From contig NC_057728.1 of NCBI RefSeq assembly GCF_004010195.1, positions 40,364,231 through 40,428,230 of the forward strand: a DNA stretch of 64,000 bases, written 5' to 3'. The position numbers and the translations under genes are program-made. The notes below the pieces were generated by a model. That model saw only the letters and a program-made list of their open reading frames with translations. It did no database searches and was not told the origin of the DNA. The stretch's first letter is position 1. Each line of letters starts with the position of its first letter. Shown here one piece after another: positions 36,630 through 50,665 of this stretch. The stretch is from Chiloscyllium plagiosum (Eukaryota).

Positions 36630-38509
36630 GAGGACTGCATACCAAGGAAGTCAATCCAACAGGAAACTCTGGATGAATCAGGACATACAGAACCTGCTAA
36701 AAATGAGGTGTGAGGCCTTCAGATCAGGAGACCCATTCAAATATAAGGAATCCAAGTATGACCTTCGCAGAGCCATTAAGACAGCCAAGGACCAATACCG
36801 ATCCAAACTAAAGACCCAGACAGACACCTGGCGACTATGGCAAGGACTGAATGACATCACAGGTTCTAAAAAGAGACAGTGCAAGATAGCAGACGATTAC
36901 ACATCCCCCCCCCCCCAGATCGTCTCAATGTCTTCTATGCTCGTTTTGAGCAGCATTTTGGCGAAGAGATAACATCTATTCCGACAAGTCCTGATGTACT
37001 TATCCCAACAGTCGTTGCATCAGAGGTCAGATCAGTTTTCCTTCATGTGGTGCCAAGAAAAGCGATAGAACCAGATGGAGGCTGTGCACTCAGCATGCAC
37101 CGATCAACTGGCAGAGGTCTTCTCGGACATCTTCAACCTGTCCCTGCAGCAGGCCATTGTCCCTGCCTGTTTCAAGTGGGCCAACATCATCCCTGTGCCT
37201 AAGAAGGCTTGTGCAGCGTGTCTCAATGACTACCACCTAGTGGCCCTAACTTCAATGATCATGAAGTGCTTTGAAAGACTGGTCATGGCATTAATCAACT
37301 CCAGCCTCCTCACTACTCTCGACCCACTCCAATTTGACTATCTGACCAACAGATCCACCTCAGATGCCATATCACTTGCCCTTCACTCCTCCCTAGAACA
37401 CCTTGACACCAAGAATAGCTACGTAAGAATCCTACTCATTGACTAGAGTTCAGCCTTCAACACTATTATCCCCTTGAGACTGATTACTAAACTTAGTGAT
37501 CTCAGACTAAGCCCCACTCTCTGCAACTGGATCCTCAGTCTCTTGACCCACAGGCCACAATCAGTGAAGACTGGGGACAATATTTCATCCTCACTAACGC
37601 TCAACATTGAAGCCTCTCAGGGGTGTATTGAGCCCCATACTGTACTCACCGTATACCCATGAGTGCGTCGCCAAATACCAGACTAATGCCACTTACAAGT
37701 TCGCTGATGACATCACCATAGTCGGTTGAATCTCAGATGGCGACAAAACACACTACTGGTGGGAGGTGGAAGACCTGGAAAAATGGGGCACTGAGAACAA
37801 CTGAGTAACACTGAGATGTTACTCATGGCCCCCTACACATCAACAGCACAGAGGTGGAACGAGTGGAGAGTGTCAAGCACCTGAGAGTGGTCATTCACAA
37901 CAAGCTTTCTTCGACTGTTCAAGTGGACGCAGTGATTACAAAGGCCCAACAACGTCTCTTCTTCCTCAAACAGCTGAGGAAATTTGGCATGACGGCGAAT
38001 ACCCTTGCCAACTTTTATAGGTGTGCCATCGAGAGCATTCTGTCTGGATGTATCACTACCTGGTATGGCAACGGTACCATTCAAGATCGGAGACGGTTAC
38101 AGAAAGTGGTGAACTCGGCCCGGACAATCACAAAGGCCAACCTCCCATCTATGGAATCCATCTACCAGGCCTGCTGTGAAGGAATGGCCTTCAGCATTCT
38201 CAAAGATCCATCTAACCCGGGCAATGTTTTTTCTACAACCTCTACCATCGGGGAGAAGGTACAGAAGCCTGAACACACGCACCAGCTGGCTTTGAAACAG
38301 TTTCTACCTTACTGCTGTTAGAATACTAAATGGACTCACAAACTCTTAACATTCGCCTGTACTTGTGTTTTTGTTTTTGCTGCTGCTTATCTAGTAACTA
38401 CTTATTTATGCATCTTAACTCTGTGATCTGCCTGTATTGCTCGCAAGACAAAGCTTTTCATTGTGCTTTGGTTCACGTGACAATAAATTCAATTCAATTC
38501 AATTCAATT
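36613..38509 (+). mobile_element. Rex1/Babar-type LINE, 5'-truncated and degenerate
   Basis: [22 protein letters not shown]...[34 protein letters not shown]...IESILSGCITTWYG; aataa-(attca)n tail. Confidence 0.95.
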
Positions 38510-38511
38510 TA

Positions 38512-38935
38512 GTTGAAGGGTTTGAAGAGAGCTTGAACAGTTTAAACCTGTACTGTCTGGTGTTTAGAAAAATGAGGAGATCTAATTGAGTTATATAAGA
38601 TGCTAAAAGGGATTGACAAAATGGGACAATCTAGAGTGAGTGGTCATACTTTTAGGATAAGGGGTAGCAGATTTAAAACAGAAATGAGGAGAAATACCGT
38701 CTCTCAAAGGGTTATGATTCTGTGGAAATCACTATACCAGAGTACGGTGGATGCCAGGACATAGACTAAATTAAAGGAGGAGATAGCCAGGTTGATAATG
38801 AGTAATGGATTAATGGGGAGTGGGCAAGAAAGTAGAGTTGAGGCCAAGATGAGATCAGCCAAGATTGTATCAAATGGCAGAGCAAGCTCAAGGGGCTGAA
38901 TTGCTTCTCAGTCTTTTGTCCTTATGTTCTTATAA
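38512..38935 (+). mobile_element. CR1-type LINE 3' fragment
   Basis: tttagaaaaatgaggagatctaattga, tctctcaaagggtt...tggaa and a CR1 3' UTR. Confidence 0.85.
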
Positions 38936-41900
38936 ATCTTCTTTTGATTTGGAGAATTCTTTTCATATGTTGCACAGAGTCTGGAGCCCAGCTTATTTTA
39001 ACTGGTTTAATTATGATTGTTGGCATCACTTTGAATGGCAATATTTTTCCACATGTGTGCCTTTAAACTTTGTACCTCCTGAATCACAGAATCAAATGAA
39101 CTTCAGAACTTAAGATGATTATTGCCCAGTGTTCTATGTATAAATTTTGGCACAGGATAAGAATCTCTCTGGAAAAACTACTTCCTGTTTAGCTCTTTTA
39201 CAAAAATCTTATTCATATTATGGATAATCTTAATTTTCACTGGTAGGATGATAAGGGGAATTATGGATCAGCTATTCATTATACAGCTGTTGTCCTGTTG
39301 ACTTCAATATAAAGGAAAATGATGTGTTACAGATGACCAAACAGATGCTGTACTTTTCAAGAGGACCAGTGAGGGTTAAAGTTATGTCCATGATTACAAT
39401 ATTGCCAAACAAATAAATATATGAAATCATACTAGTTTAAAATTCCTGTGAATTTGGAGATCAGAAGAATTCTTACATTAGACCTTTTTGGAGTTTTGAG
39501 AATCAGTAGGAATCTGTCCAAACATCTTAAGTGTTGAATATTTGTTGGACGATATTAAATTGGATCAAATTATTAGGGGCTTCCAAGGATAAATTTCATG
39601 AAACTACAACTTTTACTGGCTCACATTTAGGATATTATGAGTGTTACAATCTGAAGTTTACTGCCAATGCCAATGGTTCAAATTTTTTATTAGTAGTTTG
39701 AGAATATATAGGAGAGATAGATTTCTTCCTATTTATTTATCCCCTTTAATTATCTGTTTTTTCAATCAATCTGGCCTATAACAAATCATGATAGGTAAAT
39801 TCATGTCATTAAAGTCAACATTATTATGCGATAAATACATTACTTCAAGGATCCAACTAGTTATGTACATTGGAAAAAGCAAAGCCCGTGGAAAACTTGT
39901 TAGAAATATCAGAATGTCCCTTTACCTCTTTTGGTAAATAATATTATGGCAAAATAGATTTAATTATCAAGAAAAAATTGTCAAATATTAAATTTTTTGG
40001 TGGTTTAATTTAATGAGTTTCCATCATCACCCACGTTATTATGTAATGGTAAAAAAAAGTACCAAGCCACCCGCTAGAAGTTAAGTAATGTAAAAACACA
40101 CTTGCAATGGAACATCTCAAAATATTCAAATAGCAAATATTTATATCAAATATATAAAATGTCCTTTACCTAAACAGTGGCTACAATGTGGAACTTCCTA
40201 ACACACGGAATAGCTAAACTTAATAGAATAGATGCATTTGAGCGGAAATTATATGAACACATTAGAGACAAATGTTATGTTAATAGGACTAGATGAAGTG
40301 GTGTGTAAGGAGGCTTATGCAGAGCTCAAAAATGAGCATTCACCAGTTGAACTGAATTGTCTGTTGCATTGATCTAAATCCTATTTCTTTCTATGGAAAA
40401 TTCCTTTATGTGCTTCTATTATGTAGATATTCTTATAACAAACAGTGCGATTAGATCTACTATTAAAAGCTTTAATATTCATGTACAATTCAGGGGTTAA
40501 TTAACATCATGGAATACTTTGTGCAGCCTATACCTTACAGTACCAGTCGCTTCGGATTCATTGATGGTGAATAGAATACAATGCAAGCGCACCCTGTGAT
40601 GAACATTTGACTGTTACACTTCCCTCCCTTGCCCCACTATTATTCAGGGCTAATGGCTCAATCTAGCTCCTAATTTAGATCTTCCTTTCCAAATGTACAT
40701 GGTAACAGTTGTCACAGAGTGGAGAAGACTAGGTTTAAAAAATCCTAGGTCTTGAATTTCCCATTCTCTCTGATTTTATTTCATCAAACTGTTCTACACA
40801 TTGCCTTGGAAATTCTATCAGGATAGGTTTCCTTAATTTGCTGCTTCTACATCTCATTGCCACAATAATGTGGGATATGGGGCAGGACCGAAGCAGTACC
40901 AAGTTAGCACACATATGGAACCACTTTCAACAGATCTTTAATAGTATTCTTAGTATCATTCTAAATGTCAGGAATCTGCACAATGGTCATTTAGCATCTT
41001 GGAGTTACTTTCTTTCCAAAGAACAATTTGAAACTTTTATTTTAAAGTTCTGTCTCACAAAATTCTGCTTTATAACTGTGCTAAAATTAAGAGGAATTTC
41101 ACCACTTCTTCTTTTATCTCTGGCATTTCACCGTCAGTATATAGGTTAACTGATACCATACTAATGGGATTACGGTATAAAATATTTTTCTGTCATTATT
41201 AACAATTGTAAAGTGCTTTCTGTATTATCTCTTCAACTTTATCCCACACCATCCATCAAAAGATTACACTGTGAATGACTAACATTTTAGGTGAGAAAGA
41301 CATTCATCTTACCCATCAGACCCGTGTCCTCATGCATAGTTGTACAGTCCATATTTTAAATGGAAGGAAATTCATGTCCAATTTTCTTCTTCACCTTTAA
41401 AAGACAATTATAAAGCATTTTTATAATGTCAATTGTTGATTATATGTACAAGGAATTATTATTTTGGTAAAATTAAATTGAGCAAGTAATTTTTAAAAAA
41501 AATCATTTATAGATGCCCTTGTGAGAATTGGAACAATGGTACCTTGAGAATGGGATCTTAGAACAATAATTAATTTATCATCTCTGTGCAATATTGCAAA
41601 GTGAACAGTGATTGTTGCTTTCATACTCTTTGATCATTGTTAAAATTGACTTCACATTGCATTCACTGACCTGAGTATTAGTCTCCTTTTTTCAAATTCT
41701 TTGACAAATGTGTCGCTTCAAAATCAAAGCACTTTTTCATGCTCCCTAATCTTACAAAGTATTATTATTCCGCAAATTACCAAGGACAACTGACAACATA
41801 ATAAAATTAGCATTTGCCACTCCCAGTCAGATGCATAACCTACACTTGTTCCTCTTCATATTGGTGTCTGTACATATATTATTTTCAAACAGCTACTATC

Positions 41901-43715
41901 AGAAGTGCTGCAGAAAACAATTATACTTTGAAAGAACTTTGAACCAACAGCATTGCACCAAACATCCGATTTTACATCATGGTCTGCAAAACCAAAACAT
42001 TCACACAATCAGATAAAAAAAACAGGAAATACACTCAACTGTCTGAAATGAACCTTGATTGTGTATAGATAATGCTCAAGAAGGATATATTCATGACTGC
42101 TTTCTCATCTAAAACTATTCAGTACAAGTTAAATATTAAGAATCTAAATATATGGAACAACGTTTAGAAGCAATGCTTTGTGTAATAAAGTGCGTGGAAC
42201 AAAACTATAATATAGTTTTTGAAAACAAAATGAACCACTGAAGTAAGAGAAGGTATCTCATTTGTCAAAAGTGAGTTTGCTGCCTCTGAGTGCAGGACAA
42301 CATGCTTTGTAGTAAGAAGGTGATCTAATGAAATGTTGACAATTGATTTTCACATCAGGAAAGGCAGGTTCAGCAATGATTTGCAAGATTTGAACTATGT
42401 GTGTTTTAATAAAGAAAATAATTCTGCATTCTTAACAGCTAGACATAGTTTGGAATCTGCTACAGTTTCCTACTTGTGTCAAGAGTCCCAAAGAAGAAAT
42501 CAATTAGCAAAGGCAGAGGCACCAGCATTCCTGTCCTGTATTCATTGATGAGTTGTTGGTGGCAGGTATTCCTGGTAACAATGGTAAATGTAATCTATAA
42601 TTCTTCTGGTGTGTTGATGATATTGGTTTCTGTTGCCAGCATATTCTGAATCACCTTCTTGAAATTTGCATCTTCTTTGAAATGTAATATTTCTTACAAA
42701 AATACATCAGAAAATTCAACAATTCCGTTACTTAGAAATTCAAAGCTCCAAAGTCTTCATTTTTCAGTATTATGTGATGATTATTAATTAAATTAACTTC
42801 TGGTTGTCCTGGATGCAGAATCTTCTGTCAGAATTCTGAAAGGAAGGAGGTTTATTTGTTTCCAGATTAAAGTAATTTTCAGAAGTTTGTAGAATTTCAT
42901 TAAAAGTATATGTGCCTTTTTTATGTTTTGACTTAATTTCATCAAAATGTTGTTCTGATTTGATCAGCTCTGGGTCCAATTGAATACAATTGTTATTTAC
43001 TTATCCACTGTTGTTTTCATATCTAGTATGGATGCAATTCTATATCTGAAGAACAGTTTTCTTTAAGATATCAAATCCTGTGTCGATCTGGCTCATTTCT
43101 AAAATTAAACTTGCCAGCTAATTATTATTTCTCCTGCCATTTCTTCCTAATGTGATTATTTATTTTTTATTACTTTAAAGCATTTCAATTCTGCAATATC
43201 ACAATGCTGCTTTATTCTCTTTGCCTGACAGGCATTTATATATGCTGTTTTAATTCCCTACTTTTACAGCTTTCAGTTCTGTAACAGCTGCATTTCTGTT
43301 TGCTGTTTACTGGAGTTGCGCTGTGATTTTGCAATTGAAATAGAGGTTCTCTGCTTAATTCTTTGGGCTAAAGGGCTCAAAAAGTATGGGGGAAACAGGA
43401 ACAGCATGCAGAGTTGGATGATCAGCCATGATTATATTGAATGGCAGAGCAGGCTACTCCTGCTCCTATTTCCTATGTTTCTATGATTCTCCTCATTTCA
43501 ATGATTCAATGATACTCTGTGAGGAAGGATAGATATGAACATGCAGTTCTTGTTGGGACCTATTTTACAAGTTTCTTAACAAAACAGTAAATATTGTTTG
43601 TACGTAGCATTGTTTCTGATTTTGTATTGCATGTAACAATCATTTCCATTGGAATTTATTCTTAGTTGATAGTCCTGAGTAAGACACTAACTTATCATTT
43701 CTTACTTGAAACTAG

Positions 43716-43888
43716 GGTCAGTTAGCTGGATAATTGATTTGCGATGCAACGTGATGCAAACAGCATAGGTTCAATTTCTCCTTCTCAACCTCTCCCTTTG
43801 CCGAGGTGTGCTCAGGTTAAACAACCACTAGCTGTCTCTTTAATGGGAGGGCAGCTCTGTAGTCTGGTAAGACTATAGTGACTTTACC
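43716..43888 (+). mobile_element. Short tRNA-derived SINE (non-HE1) with 15-bp TSD
   Basis: TSD cttacttgaaactag (43701-43715) / cttacttgaagctag (43889-43903); B-box-like ggttcaatt; actttacc tail. Confidence 0.7.
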
Positions 43889-45596
43889 CTTACTTGAAGC
43901 TAGAGGTTATAACTTAAAACATGCATGTGCAGCTACATTTTAAGCATTTATTATAATTTCAAATAAGACCAACAATACGTGGAGCAATTTAGAATTTGTT
44001 TCATCGACCCAATTTTTCTTCTACTCTGATCGAAAAGTAAGAATCACTGTTAAAAAGTTATAAAGCTTGATGCATGGAGAAAGGTGAGGAGACTATCGGG
44101 ATTGTACAGGTATCGAACTCACACTGTTGGCATCATTGTGCTAATGGAGGTGTTTTTCGGGTTGTGGCCATATCAAAAGTAAATAATTAATCCTTCAATT
44201 GTCTCTGAGGTTCCTCTATGACAGATGAAAATTTGAGAATGATGAATCTTGATATTTCCCCAACATTTTCTAAATTCTAACACATTATTAGTTTATGTGA
44301 TTATCCAGTACTCAAAAATAATTCTCACATCATCAGAAATAATTCTATTTTTCACACTTGATGTGAAGTCCTGAATAGACTTTCCAGAGATTAATATGTT
44401 TCTGAATTCTATGCTGGTTTCTTCTTGCATCCTTGTTATATAACCAGCATTCGGGGACACTAATGACACTGCATTATCAACAGACAATTTGGCCATTAGC
44501 ACTCCTGCCCATTCTGGCTCCATATACACTCTAGTACAATATTTGTCACTTAGTTTTGATTTTATTGCAACTGTTATATTGAGCTCGCATGATTCATGTA
44601 TAGACTTACCATGAATTCTCCTTTCTGAGAATTAAGGATTCCAAGACTGAGTCTAAAGGCCTGTGTAAATACAAGTGATAGATGGCAGACCACTGGTGGT
44701 CCAACAAGAAGAGGTAATTGTCTTACAACACAAGAGGTAGTTTATTGTGTGGTAATAATATGTATTAATTATATTGATTTGTTAGTCATAATCATTTAAG
44801 GCAGGGAAGACACTCCTGTCACCATTGAGACCAGGCAGTAGACTGCCTGATTCTCACCGAAAGACTGTGAGACATCATCAGATTGGATAGAACCCAACAC
44901 AGCTTCAACATTAACTTTTTCAGAATCATAAAACAGCAACTTCCAACCATCACTTTAATGATCACTGGCTAGACTGCGATGTGCCTGAGAAAATAAACAG
45001 TGGTTTCAAAGGGATCTGAAATAGCTGTCATGCTCTCTGTGGTTAAGCAGGGGCCTAATGCCTGTTAAAGTACAATCTTTAAACACCTCTGAGGGCCGTA
45101 AACAATAAATAGCTGGCAGATACTCAGTGTGAATGGGCATCCTTGTCTGATCTCTGTTAGAATTTCAAAACCAACATTTAGGTTTTTTTAACGTTTTCCC
45201 CAAAGTCTTTTTCTGAATATAATATGAAGGAAAATTTGATGAAGAGGCAGAAATACAAATTAGAAAACATTCAGTAAATGAATTTCTTTTTCTTGGTTTT
45301 AGAGTGAAAAATTCTACAGGAAAAGAAACAGATGTATTCCCAATTTCTGCAATTTTCTCCATTCCAAGAATATGCAAAGACCCTGAAGCATCCCAGATTT
45401 TGATTGCTCCAATGTTGGTATCAGCACCCAAGACTCAAGGTCCCAAGCTCTGGCATTCTCTCACTAAACTCTCTACTTCTCTTCTTCACTTCACTTAATG
45501 AGACACTCATTAAATCTTTGATAAAACCTTTGGTTGGCTGTCTTAATACAGCAGTATGTGATTGCAGTGCCTAATATTGCTTTATAATGTTCATTT

Positions 45597-45930
45597 GGGT
45601 GGCACAGGGGTTCAGTGGTTAGCACTGCTGCCTCACAGCACCAGCGACGCGGGTTTGATTCTACCCTTGGGCGACTGTCTGTGTGGAGTTTGTACATTCT
45701 TCCCGTGTCTGCGTGGGTTTCCTCCGGGTGCTCTGGTTACCTCCCACAATCCAAAGATATGCAGATTAGGTGAAATGGCAAAGATAACTTGCCCATAGTG
45801 TTCAGGGATGTATAGATTAGGTGCATTAGTCAGGAATAAATGTAGAGTAATAGGGTGGGTCACTTTCTGGAGGGTGGATTAGGCTTTTGGGCCAAATAGC
45901 CTGTTTCCACAATGTAGGGATTCTATGATT
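45597..45930 (+). mobile_element. HE1-type SINE
   Basis: cagtggttagcactgctgcctcacagc head and HE1 body. Confidence 0.92.
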
Positions 45931-45989
45931 TGAAGAACTTTCGGTAATCTATAATGTTAAAGTTGCTGTATAAGTACATGTACATGTAC

Positions 45990-46584
45990 ACCCATGTAGA
46001 TGCAATGTTCAAGAAGTTTCAACACACCTCTTCTTCCTCAGGCAGCTCAGGAAATTTAGCATGTCCACTAGGTCCCTCACCAACTTTTACAGATGCACCA
46101 TCGAGAGCTTACTGTCCGGATGCATAACAGCCTTGTATGGCATCTGCTCTGCCCAGGAATGTAAGAAACTACAGAAGGCTGCGTGCACAGCCCAGACCAT
46201 CATGGAAGCCAAACTTCTCTCTGTGGACTCCATTTACACAGCCCATTGCCAACATCACTAAAGACCCATTGCACCCCAGCATGCTCTCCTACAGCCTCTT
46301 CTGACAGGCAGAAGATAAAGAGGCTTGAACGCTTGCACCAGCAGGTTCAGGAATAGCTTCTTCCCTGCAGTTATTAGACTGATGAACTTCAAATATTGCT
46401 GATTTTGCTAATGTTGATGTTTCCTTGCACATGTCTTGTGTGATGTAGCCTGTATGCCTGTGTCCAAGTTGTTTTTTCACCCTATGATCTGTGTGTCCTT
46501 GTTTACAATGATCTCCCTGTGCTGCTCATAACCAAAGCTTTCCACTGTAATTAGAAATACGTGGCAATAAATCAATCAATCAAG
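45990..46584 (+). mobile_element. Rex1/Babar-type LINE 3' fragment
   Basis: LTNFYRCTIESLLSGCITALYG; aataaa-(tcaa)n tail. Confidence 0.9.
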
Positions 46585-47839
46585 TTTTGTTGTCATGCAT
46601 ACAAAGATGTATTAAATTGTATGAGTGTGGTATAGAGAAAAATGTATTCAAACACCAACCTTTGGAATGCAAAATATTCCATGAACCCAATCAAAGAATT
46701 AGAAAAGTATTGCTTATCCATCACTTCTATACACAGTATTCACATCTTTGTGAATACTAACATAATCTTTGAGAAATCTAAGATCTAGTTCTGAGTGCAC
46801 ATAAAATGTTTTCAACCATCAAAAGATCTAGTTGTTATTCTGTTGCTATCTATTAGTGGTTAAGTACTCTAAAAATGTGTATTGTAAAATATGAAAAAAA
46901 TGAATGTAAATCCTAGAACAATTGTTATAAGGTTACTTCTTAGAGACAATCCATCATTGGATTTGAAAAGAATCTAACATAGCATGGTCAGATAGCAATG
47001 GACAGACAACAAGGAACAAAAGATTAACAGTATTTACTAATGCTCAACTTTCCCGTTACAGATCACAAAAACGCTATGAAAATGTCCTGCAGGGGGCAAT
47101 GTAGTCACAGTGTGCATTTTCAGTGTAGTTCAACCTAACGCTAAATTACATCTTCCAATTAGATGCCACAATGTTACACAGGTTGCCACAATCTAGATGG
47201 ATTTATAAGCAGGCATGATCAAATCTGTTCAATTTTAATAAAATTCTACCTTCACATTTGAATGAAATTTTTAATATTTTATTCACAGCATCAGAGCTTT
47301 CACTAGTAAGACATGACAGATGGAATTGGTAAATATTTATTTTTTACATTGTCTGATGAGAACTTGCCCCACTGAAAACCCAGGGATTATCTTCAGCTCA
47401 GTAAAGCACAGATAAACTTGTAATAAAGGTTATTTCCTGCATTTCCTGCTTGGAGATTTCTTTTTCACTGGGTGCAAAATCTTTTGTGCCATCAAAACTG
47501 AAGACTTCCTGGTTTAGATTAAATTATCTGGAGAGTGCAAAATCAAATTTGAAAACGTTACATGATACAAAACACTTCCAAAACACAGCTCTAAAGACAG
47601 TTTACAATCTACAGGTTTTTGGAAATTCTTCACTCACTGGCTTAAATAGAATCACATTGACTACAAATAGAATCAAAAGCCCTAGAGAATACAGTGGGAA
47701 TTTTTAACATTGTTCTGAATTGTTTCTCAACAATCGAACTTGAATTGAATTCAACATGTTACTTGCTGTCCAGTAAAATTGAGATAATTAAAACAGTCTC
47801 CTGGTCAGGTACAATATGAAATTTAAAGGACAGAATGCA

Positions 47840-48520
47840 CAACAATCACTGACAAATTCACCAAACTACTTTAAATAATGTGGAACCACGAAGCCATTCC
47901 TCAGGAATCCAAAGATGCATTCAGTTGTCCACTTTTACAAAAGGAAGGGACATTGTTGCACTAAAAATCATCAAGGAGTCTCCCGACTGCGCATTGCTGG
48001 GAAATACTTATACAAATCCTATGCAATGGCTTAACACTATATCTGGGACAGGACCTCCTATGTATTACAGTCAACACAGGGAAACACCAAGACCAGAACT
48101 ATAACTTGTACACAATATTTATTGATCTGACTAAAGCCTTCCATACAATTGGTTACAATTGTCTTCAAAAGATCACGGCAAAATTTTGCTGAGAGATCAA
48201 TTCCTTATTAAGATATGGCAATTCCAGGATGGCATGCCTGCTTGTGTCCTGGATAGTGACAAATGATGCATCTGTCACAAATGGAGGGAAAAAGGATGGT
48301 ATGTTGGCTCCCGTTCTTTCACTGCTTCTGCAACAGTCTGTGTTAGCATGAGTAGCATCCACATTAGATAACATACAGTCAGCAAAGTCTTCAATTTGAG
48401 GTCAAAAGCGAAATGCATAAACCTGGGATTTGTGACTTTGTTTTCACCGATGACTGCTCTAAGTCCTTTTCAGAACAACATGGCATGGGTCATTTCTCAT
48501 CTGCATGTGATAACCTCTGC
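47840..48520 (+). mobile_element. Old RTE-clade LINE RT remnant
   Basis: FIDLTKAF (~48118), VTNG..KDGMLAP and FTDDC. Confidence 0.7.
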
Positions 48521-48524
48521 CTCA

Positions 48525-49720
48525 CACCAGTAATACACCAACTTCCCCACAAAAGCAAAGCTGAAGCATTTGCATCAATCTTCATCCAGAAATGCCATGT
48601 CCCTGATCCATCTCCTCCCCCCCTTGGAGGTCCCTTGCATACCAGTCTTCAGACAATTTCATTCACATGATGTCAAGAAACAGCACAAGACACTGGATAC
48701 CGCAAAGACCATAGTCCTTAATAGCATTCTAGCAAATGTACTAAAGACTTATGCTCTAGAACTACATGTGTTCCTAGCTAAGCTCTTCCAGTACAGTTAC
48801 AACTGTGACATGTACCTGACAATGTGAGAGATGGCATAGATATGGAGTAATAACTGACACAAAGGAAGATGGTTGTAGGTGTTGGAGCTCAATCAACCTA
48901 GCTCCAGGGCATCTCTGCAGAAGTTCCCCAGGATAGGGTGCTAGGCCCAACCAGTTTTAGCTGTTTCATCAATGATTTTCCCTCCATTGTATAATCATAA
49001 GTGGGCAAATTCACTGATGATTGCACAAGGTTTAGTGCCATTTGCAATTCCTTTGACAGTGATGCAGCCCATCTCCATATGTACAAAATGTGGACAACAT
49101 CCAAACTTGGGCTGATAAGGAATGTTTGTGCCTCACAAATACCAGGCAGTGACCATCTCCAAAAAGAGAGAATTTAATAGTAACTCCTTGACATTAAATG
49201 GTATTTGCTGAATCCGCTGCCATCAACACACTGGGGTTATTATTAACCAGAAACCGACTGAACTAGCTATATTAAAAAAAAGATGGCTACAACAGTAGGT
49301 CAGTGATTAGGAATTAGAATCCCTACCATATGGAAATAAGCCCATCAAGTCTACACTGACCTTCCAAAGATGATCCCGCCCAAATCCTATCCCTGCAACC
49401 CCACATTTCCCATGGTTAATCCATTTAACCTGCACATCCCTAGACATTATGGACAATTTAGCATGGCCAATCCACCTAACCTGCAGATATTTGGACTAGT
49501 GTGGATGAAACCAGACCACATAGCATAAATGCACACAGACAAAGGGACAATGTGCAAACACCACACAGGCAGTCAACTGAGGCTGGAATCAAACCTGTGT
49601 CTCTGGTGCTGTAAGGCAGCAGTGCCAACCACTGGGTCACTGTGCCGCTCTAATTCTTTAGTGACTAACACACCTCTTGTCTCCCCAATGCTCATTCATC
49701 ATCGTTAAGTGGCAAAAATG
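48525..49720 (+). mobile_element. Degenerate CR1/L2-group LINE fragment interrupted by an HE1 SINE
   Basis: KSKAEAFASIFIQKC, LAKLFQYSY, VPQDRVLGPTSFSCFIND and FTDDCT. Confidence 0.75.
49314..49650 (-). mobile_element. HE1-type SINE, older
   Basis: caatttagcatggccaatccacctaacctgca and gcagcagtgccaaccactg. Confidence 0.88.
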
Positions 49721-49854
49721 CAGTTAAGTCAAGAAGCTTGAGACCATCCAAGTGTGTGGTGCTATTGAAACTCTCCCAGTAGTTTTCAAACTTGGACACA
49801 AAGAAAGAAGCAGCTATTCTTGCTTTTCACAGTCTCACATACTCAGTAAAGAAG

Positions 49855-50665
49855 ATCAAAGGAGGTGAGAAGTTCAAGTGGGAAGTGGTGCATTTTGAGA
49901 TCAAGTGCATGGACAGACAGCATAAGATTAAGGCAAGACATTATCAAGAGTGTGCAGGAGTAGAAAGACCTGAGTGTGTATATATACTTAAGTCATTAAA
50001 GGTGGCAGATAGAGACAGCTGCTAATAAAGCATACAGTATTCCACACTTTGGAAATTGGAACACAGAGTACAAGAATGGAAGGGGGAACAACATTTGTAA
50101 GATGGTTAGACTTCATTTGGAGTATTATGTATAGTTCTGGGTGATACACAATAAAAAGGGTGTGAATTTAGAGAGAGTGTAGAAGAGTTTTACTAGAAGT
50201 GTTCCAGCGATGAGACTTCCAGTTCTGAGGAAAGTTTGGGAAAGTTTTTCTGGGAAAGGAGAAGGCTGAGAGGAGATTTGATAGAAGTTTTCAAAATCAT
50301 GAGCAATCTGGACTGAGTGGGTTGGGTTGAAGAAAATTGGGAGAAAATGTTCCCATTCACAAATGGATTGAGGACCAGATGGTGCAGATGAAAAGCACTT
50401 TGCAAAAGAAGCAGATGGAAAGTCAGAAAAAAGACATTGTCACACAGCAAGTAGTTAGAGTGTGGAATACACTGCCTGCAAATATGGTGGAGGCAGGTTC
50501 AATTGAAGCATTCAAGAGGGCACTGGATCATTATATAAATGAAACAATGTGCAAGGCTGCAGGGAAAAGGTAGGAGATTGGCACTTTGTTAAAATGCTCA
50601 AGGAACCAGTGCAGATATGATGGACTGAATGGACTTCTTCAGTACTGAAACAATTCTTTAATTAT
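49855..50665 (+). mobile_element. CR1-type LINE 3' fragment
   Basis: ttggagtattatgtatagttctgg, RLRGDLIEVFKI and TQQVVRVWNTLP. Confidence 0.85.
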
